Source: an uncultured Gammaproteobacteria bacterium (GTDB lineage Bacteria; Patescibacteriota; Microgenomatia; Levybacterales; GWA1-39-11). Taken from it: a DNA stretch of 64,000 nucleotides. Where the stretch lies: positions 129,189 to 193,188 of the forward strand of contig CAZYWG010000001.1 in the NCBI GenBank assembly GCA_964651815.1, in the 5' to 3' direction. The position numbers were made by a program, and so were the translations under genes. The stretch's first letter is position 1, and every line of letters begins with the position of its first letter. The notes under the pieces are model-generated. The model ran no database searches and was not told where the DNA came from. It saw only the letters and a list, made by a program, of their open reading frames with translations. Shown here one piece after another: positions 1 through 10,753 of the stretch.

Positions 1-276
1 GAAGACTCCGTCCCCACAACAGCTCCAACCCCAGTCCCAAGTGAAACAATTTCTCCTACGCAGGCTTTACAAACAAACGTTTTGATAACAAATACTCCAA
101 CTGGGTTTTTAAGAGTGCGGGCAACACCTTCTGTGGGAGGCACCCAAATTGCAGAAGTCAAACCTGGAGAAAAATATATATATGTAGATGAAAATGATTC
201 CTGGTTTGAAATTCAGTTAAATGACGGATCAAAAGGCTGGGTTAGTAAATCCTACACGCAAAAGGTTAACCAATAA
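1..276 (+). CDS. C-terminal part of a protein with a Pro/Thr linker and bacterial SH3 (SH3b) domain; 5' end lies outside the window
   Basis: Frame 1 is open from base 1 (EDSVPTTAPTPVPSET...), then LRVRATPS...WFEIQL..GSKGWVS, an SH3b signature. Confidence 0.75.
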   Translation, partial: EDSVPTTAPTPVPSETISPTQALQTNVLITNTPTGFLRVRATPSVGGTQIAEVKPGEKYIYVDENDSWFEIQLNDGSKGWVSKSYTQKVNQ

Positions 277-1207
277 AGTAAATAACTGTGATTGCCAAAA
301 TTCCCCAAAGAATAACTGACGCAAGTAACGACTTGTCGGAAAGAAGTACGCGGTCTGGCGACTCTCCTTCGTGTTTTTCGTAAATATCCTGTAAATATCG
401 CATGAGTCCATAAACAACCGGCAGAATTGTTATCATGAGCCACTTTCTTTGAAGATAGTACGGTAAAAAATCGGGAAGCAATATTGAAAGCGAAATCCTA
501 ACGCCTGATGGATTTTCTAGAAAAGTGAAAAGTGAATAAAAAATAAAAGTCGATGTTGCAAAAATTACAGTGTATGCAACTAGCAAATCTTCAGAATAAT
601 GGGATAAGCTCTGTCTAATTTCTTCAACGCGTGTTCCTTTATAAGATCTAAGTAAAGTTAATTCCGATCGCCTTTTCCCAATTGCCAAAAAAAGCGATAA
701 GCAAATAGTAGTTAAGAGAAGCCAAACTGAAAGATGATATCCAGTTATCACTTCCCCAGAAAAAACTCTCAATATATATCCGGTCGCAATAAAAAATATA
801 TCGAATATGACAACTGATTTAAAAACGTAAGAATACAATAATTGAAGTACAAGATAAACAAGCGCCAAAAAGAAAAATGCACTACTAATTGATCTTGAAA
901 TAAGGAGTGCAATAGTTATTATTACTATAAAAATAATAATTGCCTCTGTGGTGCTAATTAAACCGGATGCAATTGGCCTCGCCCGTTTAAATGGATGGAG
1001 TTTATCTTTTCCTATATCAACAATGTCATTAACAATATAAGTGGACGATGAAAGAAAACAAAATGCAATAAATCCAAGAATTACTCTTAAAAGAGCATCT
1101 GCAACAAAAAGTTGACCTCCAAAGATAATCGCCGCAAATAATGCAACGTTTTTAATCCACTGCCGCGGCCTAAGAAGTTTTAAAATATAAAATAAATGCT
1201 TAAGCAT
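266..1207 (-). CDS. UbiA-family decaprenyl-phosphate phosphoribosyltransferase-like protein
   Basis: LLRPRQWIKN, YIVNDIVD..KDKLHPFKRARPIASG, FLAIGKRRSEL and GESPD motifs of the Rv3806c-type subfamily; multi-TM. Confidence 0.85.
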   Translation of the reverse strand: MLKHLFYILKLLRPRQWIKNVALFAAIIFGGQLFVADALLRVILGFIAFCFLSSSTYIVNDIVDIGKDKLHPFKRARPIASGLISTTEAIIIFIVIITIALLISRSISSAFFFLALVYLVLQLLYSYVFKSVVIFDIFFIATGYILRVFSGEVITGYHLSVWLLLTTICLSLFLAIGKRRSELTLLRSYKGTRVEEIRQSLSHYSEDLLVAYTVIFATSTFIFYSLFTFLENPSGVRISLSILLPDFLPYYLQRKWLMITILPVVYGLMRYLQDIYEKHEGESPDRVLLSDKSLLASVILWGILAITVIYFIG

Positions 1208-2261
1208 TTTCTACTCCTCCCTTTTTAGCAATAAACTTTAGGGTTAAAATAAATGCACCAACTACAACAACTACTAGAATTATAGCAAAAAGCTTGCCAC
1301 GACTCGATAGATTTAAAGCAAAGAACCCAAGCAGCAATGAAACTGCCCAATAAAATATTGCAATTTTTCTTTGTCCAAACCCTTGAGCAAGAAGTAAGTG
1401 GTGCAAATGTTCCCTGTCTCCTTTAAAAGGCGAGCGTCCCGACAAAATTCTACGTAAAAAAATAAACACAAAATCTGCAGCGGGCACTCCCATAACTAGT
1501 AACGCAGTTGCGAGTTTTGCCCCAGACATGATTGATAAAACCCCCAGTAAAAAACCAAGAATTGTTGCCGAATAACCAGGGAAAATTTTAGCCGGATAAA
1601 AATTGTAGAACAAGAATCCCAGTGCTGCTCCTGCAACTATAAAAGAAGCTTCTGCAACAATAATATTTCCTTGTGTTAAAACCGGGAATCTTAGTGAAGC
1701 AATTCCAATAGATATTGCGGCGATTGCTGCAATCCCCGGCATCTGACCATCAACTCCTTTACTCCAATTAAGCATGTTCATAATCCAAACAATCCACAGA
1801 ATTGCGAGTATCGATTGAACTGAAAACGAAATGCCAAAAATATTGTATGTGAAGCCGGCAAAATGTAGTATTCCTCCAAACGGATTTGTAATAAAAGATA
1901 TATGCACACCAATAAAAACAACTATTGCTGCGCAAATAATGTTTCCTCCAAACCTTAAATAAGGCGATAAATCATACCTATCATCTAGAAGTCCAATGAT
2001 AACCGCTAGTCCTCCGGCTAAGATTATTGAAATAAATATTTTATCAAGCGGTATGAAGAACAAAAATCCAAGAATTGCCCCAATATAAATGGGTAAACCG
2101 CCTGCCCTGGGAAGTGTTTTCTTATGGATTATAGCCGGATGCTTGTGTTTTTTGGGATCATCGACCAATTTAAATTTGTTTGCCAAAATAATTGTGACTG
2201 GAATTAGTATTAAGACAACAAAAAATGAAAACAAAAAAGGGATTAAAAAATTAACAATCAT
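1200..2261 (-). CDS. Glycosyltransferase family 4 (WecA/TagO-like polyprenyl-phosphate GlcNAc-1-phosphate transferase)
   Basis: PRAGGL, IGLLDD, NMLNWSKGVDG, FLFYNFYPAKIFPG, DREHLHH motifs. Confidence 0.88.
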   Translation of the reverse strand: MIVNFLIPFLFSFFVVLILIPVTIILANKFKLVDDPKKHKHPAIIHKKTLPRAGGLPIYIGAILGFLFFIPLDKIFISIILAGGLAVIIGLLDDRYDLSPYLRFGGNIICAAIVVFIGVHISFITNPFGGILHFAGFTYNIFGISFSVQSILAILWIVWIMNMLNWSKGVDGQMPGIAAIAAISIGIASLRFPVLTQGNIIVAEASFIVAGAALGFLFYNFYPAKIFPGYSATILGFLLGVLSIMSGAKLATALLVMGVPAADFVFIFLRRILSGRSPFKGDREHLHHLLLAQGFGQRKIAIFYWAVSLLLGFFALNLSSRGKLFAIILVVVVVGAFILTLKFIAKKGGVENA

Positions 2262-2264
2262 ATT

Positions 2265-2618
2265 TTAAAAAACCAAAAAAATTATTTGCCCAAATGCTAC
2301 TAAAGATAGCATTGTAAACAACAGGCAATTAAAAGAAAGTATTCTTGAGATAAGAGTATTTGTTCTATAAAATATTGTTGAAAGGATATTGTTTAAAATG
2401 AATACCAACACCAGTATTAATGGAATAAAAAGTATTGCCCATGATGGATAAAGCCTGTCAACGCCCCATGGGTTACTATTAAGTAAAGGAATTAATGGAG
2501 GGAGTTTTGGCAAAATAAACAATATAAATAAAGTTTGTATTACAATTAAAAATTCAGCTGCAGATATAGAATATTTTATTATCTTGTCAGAGAAAACTTC
2601 TTTAAAACTGTCTTTCAT
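2265..2618 (-). CDS. Small membrane protein (about 3 TM), hypothetical
   Basis: ORF track gives 2265..2663; ATG at 2618 preferred because it overlaps the upstream gene end; LPPLIPL..PWG motif. Confidence 0.65.
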   Translation of the reverse strand: MKDSFKEVFSDKIIKYSISAAEFLIVIQTLFILFILPKLPPLIPLLNSNPWGVDRLYPSWAILFIPLILVLVFILNNILSTIFYRTNTLISRILSFNCLLFTMLSLVAFGQIIFLVF

Positions 2619-4104
2619 AAATAGTTGAATTTGAAAATTTATATCTGAGATCGTAACCGTCAAGAAAACTTGCTATCTCAGGACCTTCTTTTGTTTGAAT
2701 TATATATCGTGGGTTTTTTTGTGCAATAGCTTTTTTAGTCTCTTCTACCGCATTTTTGTAAAAAGTTATGTGATATGCAACGGCGTAACGCCCTGGCGGA
2801 AGCTTTCCAGTGAGCGCGTATATTTGAGCGCTGTCACTCCACAAGAAAATACCTTGAGACTTAATTGTGTTTAAATTTATAAATCTTGCAATATCATAAT
2901 CACGAGGTGTGTTATGGTCAAAAAAAGTTTGATAAGAAACAAGATTCTTACCTCCTGTAACGAAAGAAAAATAGTTTTGATAATAAGGAATAATTTTTGT
3001 ATAAAATTTAAAATTATGATTTATAAAAAATAAAATAATTAAAATTAGTGGGATTGTAAACATAAGATGTTTTTTACTTTCTATCATATAACCTAATACA
3101 AGCGATGCTGCCGGAAGAACAACCAAGAGATAGTGGGTGTAAGGACGAGCTGAAAAAAAGGCGTCAAACACTGAGAAGAAAAACCAGATGAAAATAACAA
3201 ACCCAAGTTTTCCTAAACTTTTCCTAAAACGAAAAGTAATTAAAGTAGCAATCACGAGTAAGAACAGTTTTAGAAATATCAATCCCATTGGAAAAAGAAA
3301 AAAATTTCCATAACCAACGTACCCAACATTTTGCGAAAAAGTAGCACGGAAAAAATCCAAAATTGCGCTATTTAAAAAGAAATATAACGAAGTTAAAATG
3401 ATGGGAATTATAAACGCTATAAGCAAAACCGTTTCCTGCTGAAAAGTTTTAAAAAGATTTTTTACTTCAATTACAACGTCTTTTTTTGTGAAAGTTATTT
3501 TATCAAAAAACCTCATTCCAAATGTTGCAACTGAAAATGCTGCTAAATCAAAAATTGCAACGATTTTGGTTAAAAAAGCCAGCGAAAGTAATACCCCAGC
3601 CAAACTAATATTCAAAAAGGAATTTTTATTACGGTTTACAAAAAGTAGATAAAAAGCAATAAGTGTGGGTAGAACCATGAAATTTTCAGCATTTGCAATA
3701 TTTCCTTCAATAATGGGCAAACCAAACATTAAAGCAAAAAATGCGGTTGAAATAAAAATAGAATAAATGTTACTAAAAATCTTTTTAGCAATTACAAAAA
3801 ATACTAAAACTGATAATAAGCCGACAATTAAAGAAGCAAGCTTTGAGTAGAACTGATCACCATTAAATAATGCATATATAAGGTATAAAATTGGCGGTTT
3901 GTTGTCCCATATTTGGCTATACAAAATTCTACCATTCCGAATAGCGGAACCAACAACCTCATATATTCCTTCATCACCGTACCAATATGGCTCTGATACG
4001 CTGGGTAAACGAAATAAGGAAAAAAATAAAACTACTATTGAAATAAAAAAAACTTCAATATTATTGAAGTGAATATCTAGAAAATCCTCAATACTTTTGA
4101 TCAT
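2602..4104 (-). CDS. GT-C fold glycosyltransferase (ArnT/PMT, GT39/GT83-like)
   Basis: YGDEGIY, WDNKPP, NAENF motifs; about 12 TM plus C-terminal extracytoplasmic domain. Confidence 0.8.
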   Translation of the reverse strand: MIKSIEDFLDIHFNNIEVFFISIVVLFFSLFRLPSVSEPYWYGDEGIYEVVGSAIRNGRILYSQIWDNKPPILYLIYALFNGDQFYSKLASLIVGLLSVLVFFVIAKKIFSNIYSIFISTAFFALMFGLPIIEGNIANAENFMVLPTLIAFYLLFVNRNKNSFLNISLAGVLLSLAFLTKIVAIFDLAAFSVATFGMRFFDKITFTKKDVVIEVKNLFKTFQQETVLLIAFIIPIILTSLYFFLNSAILDFFRATFSQNVGYVGYGNFFLFPMGLIFLKLFLLVIATLITFRFRKSLGKLGFVIFIWFFFSVFDAFFSARPYTHYLLVVLPAASLVLGYMIESKKHLMFTIPLILIILFFINHNFKFYTKIIPYYQNYFSFVTGGKNLVSYQTFFDHNTPRDYDIARFINLNTIKSQGIFLWSDSAQIYALTGKLPPGRYAVAYHITFYKNAVEETKKAIAQKNPRYIIQTKEGPEIASFLDGYDLRYKFSNSTIYERQF

Positions 4105-5594
4105 GATTTCTCAGTGACACGGTACTCAAGTCTCTTCCCAATTATCAATTGCACGTGTGATATTAAAGCCGGCAGAGACGAAAGGAAAAAACCGGAAATT
4201 GGCATGAGCACAAATTCAAGCGGAAATATAAATTGCCTAAATTTTGAAACTTTTGTTTTTTTGTTTCTCATATCAAAATCTATGTATATCAAAACAAACA
4301 ATGCGAATAAACATAGCGTTAAAATAAATCCGGACATTCTTGGTAAGTTATACCCAAGACTCGTCCTGGTAAAAACAGGGTTAAGAAAAGCAATTAGATT
4401 GGCTGAGATTGTAATTATGTACCAGTTAACTGGCCAAAGGATATGGTCTAATAGTACATTTCCAACAAGATACGTTTTCTTCCAGAATGGGGCCTCATGT
4501 GCAAGTATCCACCATTTTACATATACGGCATCGTCTGAAATTCCCCATGACCAGCGCCTTTCTTGGTTATATTTGTTAAGAAGACTTTTTGTATAAGTTG
4601 CAGATCTAGGCGCATCCATGGATGTTTTCAAAAAAATTGGATCAACACTTACCTTTCCATTAGTTGCGAAAAACGCCTTAAAGAAAATTCTATAATCTTC
4701 CGGAATTACATCAGTATCCCAATAATTTATTTCCTTTAACAACTTAAAAGAAAGTGAGTATACGGAATTAGGAATTAACCTTAAACCTTGGACTAATAGA
4801 GAAATTCGCCATAAACTCCCAAAAAATGAAATTATCCTAATAAATGAAGGCACCTGCCAGAAATTATTGTATGTAACGTTTGCAGATTGCCAAAAAAGCC
4901 TATGTGGATCAGGAGATCTTAAGAATTCGTAAGACAGATAAGCAAAAAATTGTTGATCAAATATCGCGTCGGCATCTACTGATGAGACGGTTAAAAAGTT
5001 GACGTCGATTTTACGTTCGTCGAGTAAAATTTTTTCAGCGCAACGTCCTGCATATGCTTGATTTGATGATTTTCCTTTTACTTCAAGTGGACTATCCGGG
5101 TGGAAAGTTGAATAAAATCCACCAAAAACGTTTTTATATTCTAACGCAAGCATCTTTGCTTTTTCTTTAGCATCTGTTTCTCTTTCTTCAAACGCTATAA
5201 AAACATAGATTCTTTCAGTCGGAAACGTTTGCTCCCTAAACGAGTCAATTGTTTCTTTAATTTTTGCGAGACTCTCTTGATATGTTGGAATGATTACAAC
5301 GTGCCCTAGTTTTGAAAAATTTGGCAAAACTTTTGCTTTTGAAAGGAAATCAGTTTTTTCAGCTTTTTTAATCTTTCTCGAAGCAATGAAAGCGCAAATT
5401 GCTAAATTCCCGGATTTATAAAGCCAGTACATATTGAAAAAAATTATAAAGTATGCAAGCTGAGTAGGAAAAAAAATCGCACCCCAAAAGGGCATACTTA
5501 TTAAAAAGATTGCAAAAGTTGGAGGAATTATTTCTAATAATCGGATTGATTTTCTAGGGTATCTTGTAAAGATTTTTGTTGCTAGAGTGTGCAT
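4101..5594 (-). CDS. Membrane GT2 glycosyltransferase, processive synthase-like
   Basis: IIPTYQE, KGKSSN, DAD, PED and QERRW (QxxRW) motifs with flanking TMs. Confidence 0.85.
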   Translation of the reverse strand: MHTLATKIFTRYPRKSIRLLEIIPPTFAIFLISMPFWGAIFFPTQLAYFIIFFNMYWLYKSGNLAICAFIASRKIKKAEKTDFLSKAKVLPNFSKLGHVVIIPTYQESLAKIKETIDSFREQTFPTERIYVFIAFEERETDAKEKAKMLALEYKNVFGGFYSTFHPDSPLEVKGKSSNQAYAGRCAEKILLDERKIDVNFLTVSSVDADAIFDQQFFAYLSYEFLRSPDPHRLFWQSANVTYNNFWQVPSFIRIISFFGSLWRISLLVQGLRLIPNSVYSLSFKLLKEINYWDTDVIPEDYRIFFKAFFATNGKVSVDPIFLKTSMDAPRSATYTKSLLNKYNQERRWSWGISDDAVYVKWWILAHEAPFWKKTYLVGNVLLDHILWPVNWYIITISANLIAFLNPVFTRTSLGYNLPRMSGFILTLCLFALFVLIYIDFDMRNKKTKVSKFRQFIFPLEFVLMPISGFFLSSLPALISHVQLIIGKRLEYRVTEKS

Positions 5595-5599
5595 ATGTT

Positions 5600-6430
5600 T
5601 TACGGTTTCAGCTGGAACAGGTGCTCAAAATTTGAGTAAATTTGGCTTTGAAAATCAGCAAAAGTCACGCCGGTAAGCTGTGCCAAATAATCACCTATAA
5701 TTATAACATTTTTAGGCTCGTTACGTTGCCCGCGTAACGGAACGGGTGTAAGAAATGGTGCATCTGTCTCGGTTAAAATTCGGTCAAGCGGAACCTCTCT
5801 TGCAAGGTCTGGCAAAGCTACTGTTTCGCCGGGTGCGATACCCTTATAAGTAATATTTCCGTCAAACCCTATAAAAAATCCTAATTCCAGCGCATCTTTT
5901 AAAACTTCTTGAGTCCCGGCAAAACAATGAAACATTCCGGGTGGATTTTGGAAACGACTTTTGTATTCTCCAAGTATTCTAACTACATCTTCGCCGGCCA
6001 AACGATTATGAATTTGCAAAGGTAATTTTAACTCGATCGAAAGCTCAATCTGTTGGCGAAATGTCTCTTCCTGGATTTTCTTATCAACAATCCCGTTCGA
6101 TTTATAAGTATGGTAATCGAGGCCGATTTCACCGATTCCAATGACCTTGTCCCTCTGCGCTATTTTTCGCAAATTTTCAAACCAGTCTTTCTGGAGTTCT
6201 CCTTCAAATTCTTGATCTGCTTTATCCGCATGATGAGGGTGTACACCAACAATTGCATACATATTTTCATATTTATAAGCCAACTCAACAGCACGTATAC
6301 TTGATGGAATACTTGTACCAGTGTTAACTATCGCCTTGACTCCAGCATCGAATGCGCGGCGTGCAACTTCATCATAATCCTGGTCAAACGAGTGTAAATT
6401 TAAGTGACAATGGACATCAATCATAAGCAA
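5600..6430 (-). CDS. tatD: TatD-family DNase
   Basis: DVHCH, GVHPH, IGEIGLDY, HCF, ETDAPFL motifs; ATG at 6424 is an alternative start. Confidence 0.93.
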   Translation of the reverse strand: MLMIDVHCHLNLHSFDQDYDEVARRAFDAGVKAIVNTGTSIPSSIRAVELAYKYENMYAIVGVHPHHADKADQEFEGELQKDWFENLRKIAQRDKVIGIGEIGLDYHTYKSNGIVDKKIQEETFRQQIELSIELKLPLQIHNRLAGEDVVRILGEYKSRFQNPPGMFHCFAGTQEVLKDALELGFFIGFDGNITYKGIAPGETVALPDLAREVPLDRILTETDAPFLTPVPLRGQRNEPKNVIIIGDYLAQLTGVTFADFQSQIYSNFEHLFQLKP

Positions 6431-6433
6431 TAT

Positions 6434-6468
6434 TTAGTATAAAGTATCATGAATTAAGTATAAAGACG
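6434..6468. repeat. Degenerate 7-mer tandem repeat in the tatD/SemiSWEET divergent promoter region
   Basis: ttagtat aaagtat catgaat taagtat aaagacg. Confidence 0.45.
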
Positions 6469-6484
6469 TTGTATAATACGTGAC

Positions 6485-6748
6485 ATGAGTATTTCCCAAA
6501 TTGCCAACATCATAGGCTATATCGCTGCGGGAGTCGGAATAATTACATTTTTTCCTCAAGCTTTCAATGTTTGGAAAACTAAAAATACAAAAAGTATATC
6601 TTTGGGTACTTTCGTTATGCTCGCACTCGTCTCTATTTTGTGGACTACGTATGGATTTCTCATAATTGCTTATCCTGTTATCCTAGTGAATGTAGTTGTT
6701 TTTGTCATGACTGCATATATAACAATTATGAAATTAAAATACAAATGA
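6485..6748 (+). CDS. SemiSWEET / PQ-loop transporter
   Basis: 87 aa, 3 TM, FFPQ..KTKNTKSIS, W..YG, PVILVN. Confidence 0.85.
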   Translation: MSISQIANIIGYIAAGVGIITFFPQAFNVWKTKNTKSISLGTFVMLALVSILWTTYGFLIIAYPVILVNVVVFVMTAYITIMKLKYK

Positions 6749-7050
6749 TCTTAATACTTGTTAGTTTTGAAACAAATGAAGATGCGGACAAAGCCGCAAA
6801 TTTTTTAATTGATAACAAACTTGCTGCTTGCGTTGAAATTTACCCTGTCAAAAACTATTACATGTGGAAAGGTGAGAAAACAGTTGCCGATGAAATTTCA
6901 GGAGTTATCAAAACTGATGACAGATATTTTGAGAAAATCGAACAAGCACTAAAAGAAATTTTGCCCTACGAAATTCCGCAGATTATAGAAATTAAAGCCT
7001 CGAATGTGAACGACCCTTATCTCAAATGGCTCAAAGAATCAGTAAAATAA
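6745..7050 (+). CDS. cutA: Divalent-cation tolerance protein CutA
   Basis: LAACV, YMWKG, PYEIPQI, YLKW motifs; ATG at 6745 overlaps the previous stop (ATGA). Confidence 0.88.
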   Translation: MILILVSFETNEDADKAANFLIDNKLAACVEIYPVKNYYMWKGEKTVADEISGVIKTDDRYFEKIEQALKEILPYEIPQIIEIKASNVNDPYLKWLKESVK

Positions 7051-7108
7051 TCTAAGATTTTAGGGGGTTTGAAGGGAATGTTGTTTTTTTAAATAAATTT
7101 ATTCAAGA

Positions 7109-7267
7109 TTATCTGGTTTTTAATCTCAACTTCCCATTATAAGGCCTGACTATTCTCTGCAAGCGTCTTACCTCTTCCATTCCTTTTGGAGCTTGGCTGT
7201 CCATTCTTTGGCTGCGCGGGCCTGCTGTTGGCCACGCTTGTTTCATCTCGCGCAAATGCTCCACCAT
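7109..7267 (-). CDS. Putative 52-aa small ORF (or structured sRNA)
   Basis: MVEHLREMKQAWPTAGPRSQRMDSQAPKGMEEVRRLQRIVRPYNGKLRLKTR; visibly GC-richer than its flanks, directly downstream of the promoter motif. Confidence 0.3.
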   Translation of the reverse strand: MVEHLREMKQAWPTAGPRSQRMDSQAPKGMEEVRRLQRIVRPYNGKLRLKTR

Positions 7268-7276
7268 TTGCCAATT

Positions 7277-7305
7277 ATTCTAATTCACAAAAAAAATTTA
7301 ATCAA
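7277..7305 (-). promoter_or_regulatory. Sigma70-type promoter facing an unannotated region
   Basis: Minus strand TTGATT-17 nt-TAGAAT. Confidence 0.5.
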
Positions 7306-7366
7306 GTATTGTTTTTTTGAGGACTTTGTTGGATTATTTTAATCTCGTATTTTGGGGATTTAAGAA

Positions 7367-9016
<1,650 letters not shown>

Positions 9017-9049
9017 TTAAATTTTTATAATCGATAGATAAAAATTTAA
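9017..9049. repeat. Perfect 12-bp inverted repeat with 9-nt spacer between groES and groEL
   Basis: ttaaatttttat-aatcgatag-ataaaaatttaa. Confidence 0.6.
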
Positions 9050-9080
9050 GTCACACTGAGGACCCTAAGTCCGAAGTGCA
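9049..9080 (+). repeat. REP-like hairpin (xGTC-tagged, tandem GA)
   Basis: agtca-CACT-GA-GGAC-cctaa-GTCC-GA-AGTG. Confidence 0.55.
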
Positions 9081-9093
9081 ACCTTAATTTCCT

Positions 9094-9405
9094 CTACCCA
9101 ACGACTGCGAGTATATCTTTTTCCTCAACTATTGTCCATTCTTCATTTCCTACTTTGACTTCATTTCCGCCCCATTTTTTGTACATTACTTTTTCCCCAA
9201 CTTTAACAGTCATTTTCCTAATTTCCCCTTTTGGTGTCACTTCTCCATCTCCTATTGCCATAACCATTCCAACTTGAGGTTTTTCTTTTGCTGTCTCTGG
9301 CAAATAAATTCCGCCTGCGGTTTTTCCTTCCGCTTCAAGCGGTTTTATTAAAACATTATTAAATAGAGGTTTGATTGCTGAATTAGTTGTACTCACTTTT
9401 GTCAT
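9094..9405 (-). CDS. groS: Co-chaperonin GroES
   Basis: IKPL..NVLIK, TAGGIYLPETAKEKPQ, EKDILAVV. Confidence 0.98.
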   Translation of the reverse strand: MTKVSTTNSAIKPLFNNVLIKPLEAEGKTAGGIYLPETAKEKPQVGMVMAIGDGEVTPKGEIRKMTVKVGEKVMYKKWGGNEVKVGNEEWTIVEEKDILAVVG

Positions 9406-9419
9406 AATCTCGATTTAGT

Positions 9420-9448
9420 ATTCTAAGAGAAACTGAAAAATTTGTCAA
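9420..9448 (-). promoter_or_regulatory. Sigma70 promoter of groES-groEL
   Basis: TTGACA-17 nt-TAGAAT, 14 nt upstream of the groES ATG. Confidence 0.8.
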
Positions 9449-9560
9449 GAGGCTACTCCGACTGCTAATTCATTCTCTAAAAGGCATTTGACTTATATGT
9501 GAAAATTGGCTACGCTATTACAAACGCAAGAATACTGCGTTTTAATCTTATTGTAAAGCC

Positions 9561-10751
9561 GTGAAAATATTATCAAACAAATTTTTTATAATCGGCAATC
9601 TTATCCTTTTGTTAATTGCAATTCCTGTTACTTTATTCTTTGTTAAAAAGCAGCAAGAAGTCAGAAGTAAAGCAGCCGCTTCATCTAAATTGTATTTTGC
9701 ACCATCAAGCATTAATACCTCTACAACCTGTCAGAGTTTCAACGTTGACGTTATGGTTGATCCAGGGACTAATATAGTAAATGTAGTTAAATTATATATA
9801 ACTTATGATCCAACCCTGTTATCTGTTTCGCAAATTACTCCTTCTGATGCGTTTAAAGAAACTCAAAGTGCCGCAAGTATAACTAGCGGCGCTGCTAACA
9901 TAGGATTATCTACTGGGTTTAACGCTACTTCTGTTTCTAGTGTGACAAAAGTAGCAACAATTACATTTATTCCAAAAGGCACTGGCACAGCACAAATTCA
10001 ATTCGATGGGACTCAAACGGCGGTGTACTCCACCGCAAAAGCAGACGGAGCGGTAGAAAATGTTCTTCAAATAGGATCTTTGGCACCGGCAAATGCTACT
10101 ATTGGATCTGCGGAATGCCTATCAGGCCCAACAGGCTCAGTCACACCTACGGGCACGGGCTCGATCACGCCAACTGGATCTATCGCGCCAACAGGAACTC
10201 CTAGTGTAACAACAACTACATCACCAACGCCTTCTGCAGCTACTCTGGCGCCGACTTGCACAAGTTTGCTTGCAAGTCCTTCCACGGGCAACGCCCCGCT
10301 TGCCGTTCTTTTTACAGGACAGGGAAGTGATCCAAATGCAAATGGTCTAATAACTAAAGCGACATTTACTTTTGGTGATGGACAAACGCAAGATGTAACA
10401 ACAGGGCTCAATTTGAAAACTGTTAACACACAAACAAGCCATACATATCAAACTAGCGGATCATTCACAGCAACTGTTTTGTTTACTAATAATCAAAGCG
10501 CAACAAGCCAAATAAGCCAAGCGTGTTCTCAGAGTATAAATGTAACAGCAGCGTCCGGTTCGGCAACTCTTACTCCAACCGCAACCTTAATACCAACGGC
10601 AACGCCGACTTTGGTAGAAAAGCCTACAGCAACACCAACGCTCGTTGAAAAGCCAACGATTGCGCAAACAGGGAGCGTTGCCCAAACCATGGGTACACTT
10701 GGGGTAATAATAATGTCAATAGTTGGCGGCTTCTTCTTGCTAACTCTTTAA
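9561..10751 (+). CDS. Surface protein: N-terminal TM, cohesin-like domain, Pro/Thr linker, PKD domain, Pro/Thr stalk, C-terminal xxTG + TM
   Basis: VKLYITYDPTLL and KVATITF (cohesin-like); GNAPLAVLFTG, FTFGDG, HTY (PKD); PTLVEKPT occurs twice; IAQTG precedes the terminal TM. Confidence 0.75.
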   Translation: MKILSNKFFIIGNLILLLIAIPVTLFFVKKQQEVRSKAAASSKLYFAPSSINTSTTCQSFNVDVMVDPGTNIVNVVKLYITYDPTLLSVSQITPSDAFKETQSAASITSGAANIGLSTGFNATSVSSVTKVATITFIPKGTGTAQIQFDGTQTAVYSTAKADGAVENVLQIGSLAPANATIGSAECLSGPTGSVTPTGTGSITPTGSIAPTGTPSVTTTTSPTPSAATLAPTCTSLLASPSTGNAPLAVLFTGQGSDPNANGLITKATFTFGDGQTQDVTTGLNLKTVNTQTSHTYQTSGSFTATVLFTNNQSATSQISQACSQSINVTAASGSATLTPTATLIPTATPTLVEKPTATPTLVEKPTIAQTGSVAQTMGTLGVIIMSIVGGFFLLTL

Positions 10752-10753
10752 AC

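Noticed and set aside
4114-4596. 160-aa plus-strand ORF
   Set aside because: Lies entirely antisense within the GT2 gene
7140-7275. RNase P, SRP RNA or c-di-GMP riboswitch
   Set aside because: Diagnostic motifs (GAGGAAAGUCC, SRP domain IV GNRA loop) are absent and there is no co-oriented downstream gene; kept only as an unknown transcript
9441-9468. Possible CIRCE operator upstream of groES (minus strand TTAGCAGTC)
   Set aside because: Only the left half resembles TTAGCACTC; there is no GAGTGCTAA after a 9-nt spacer
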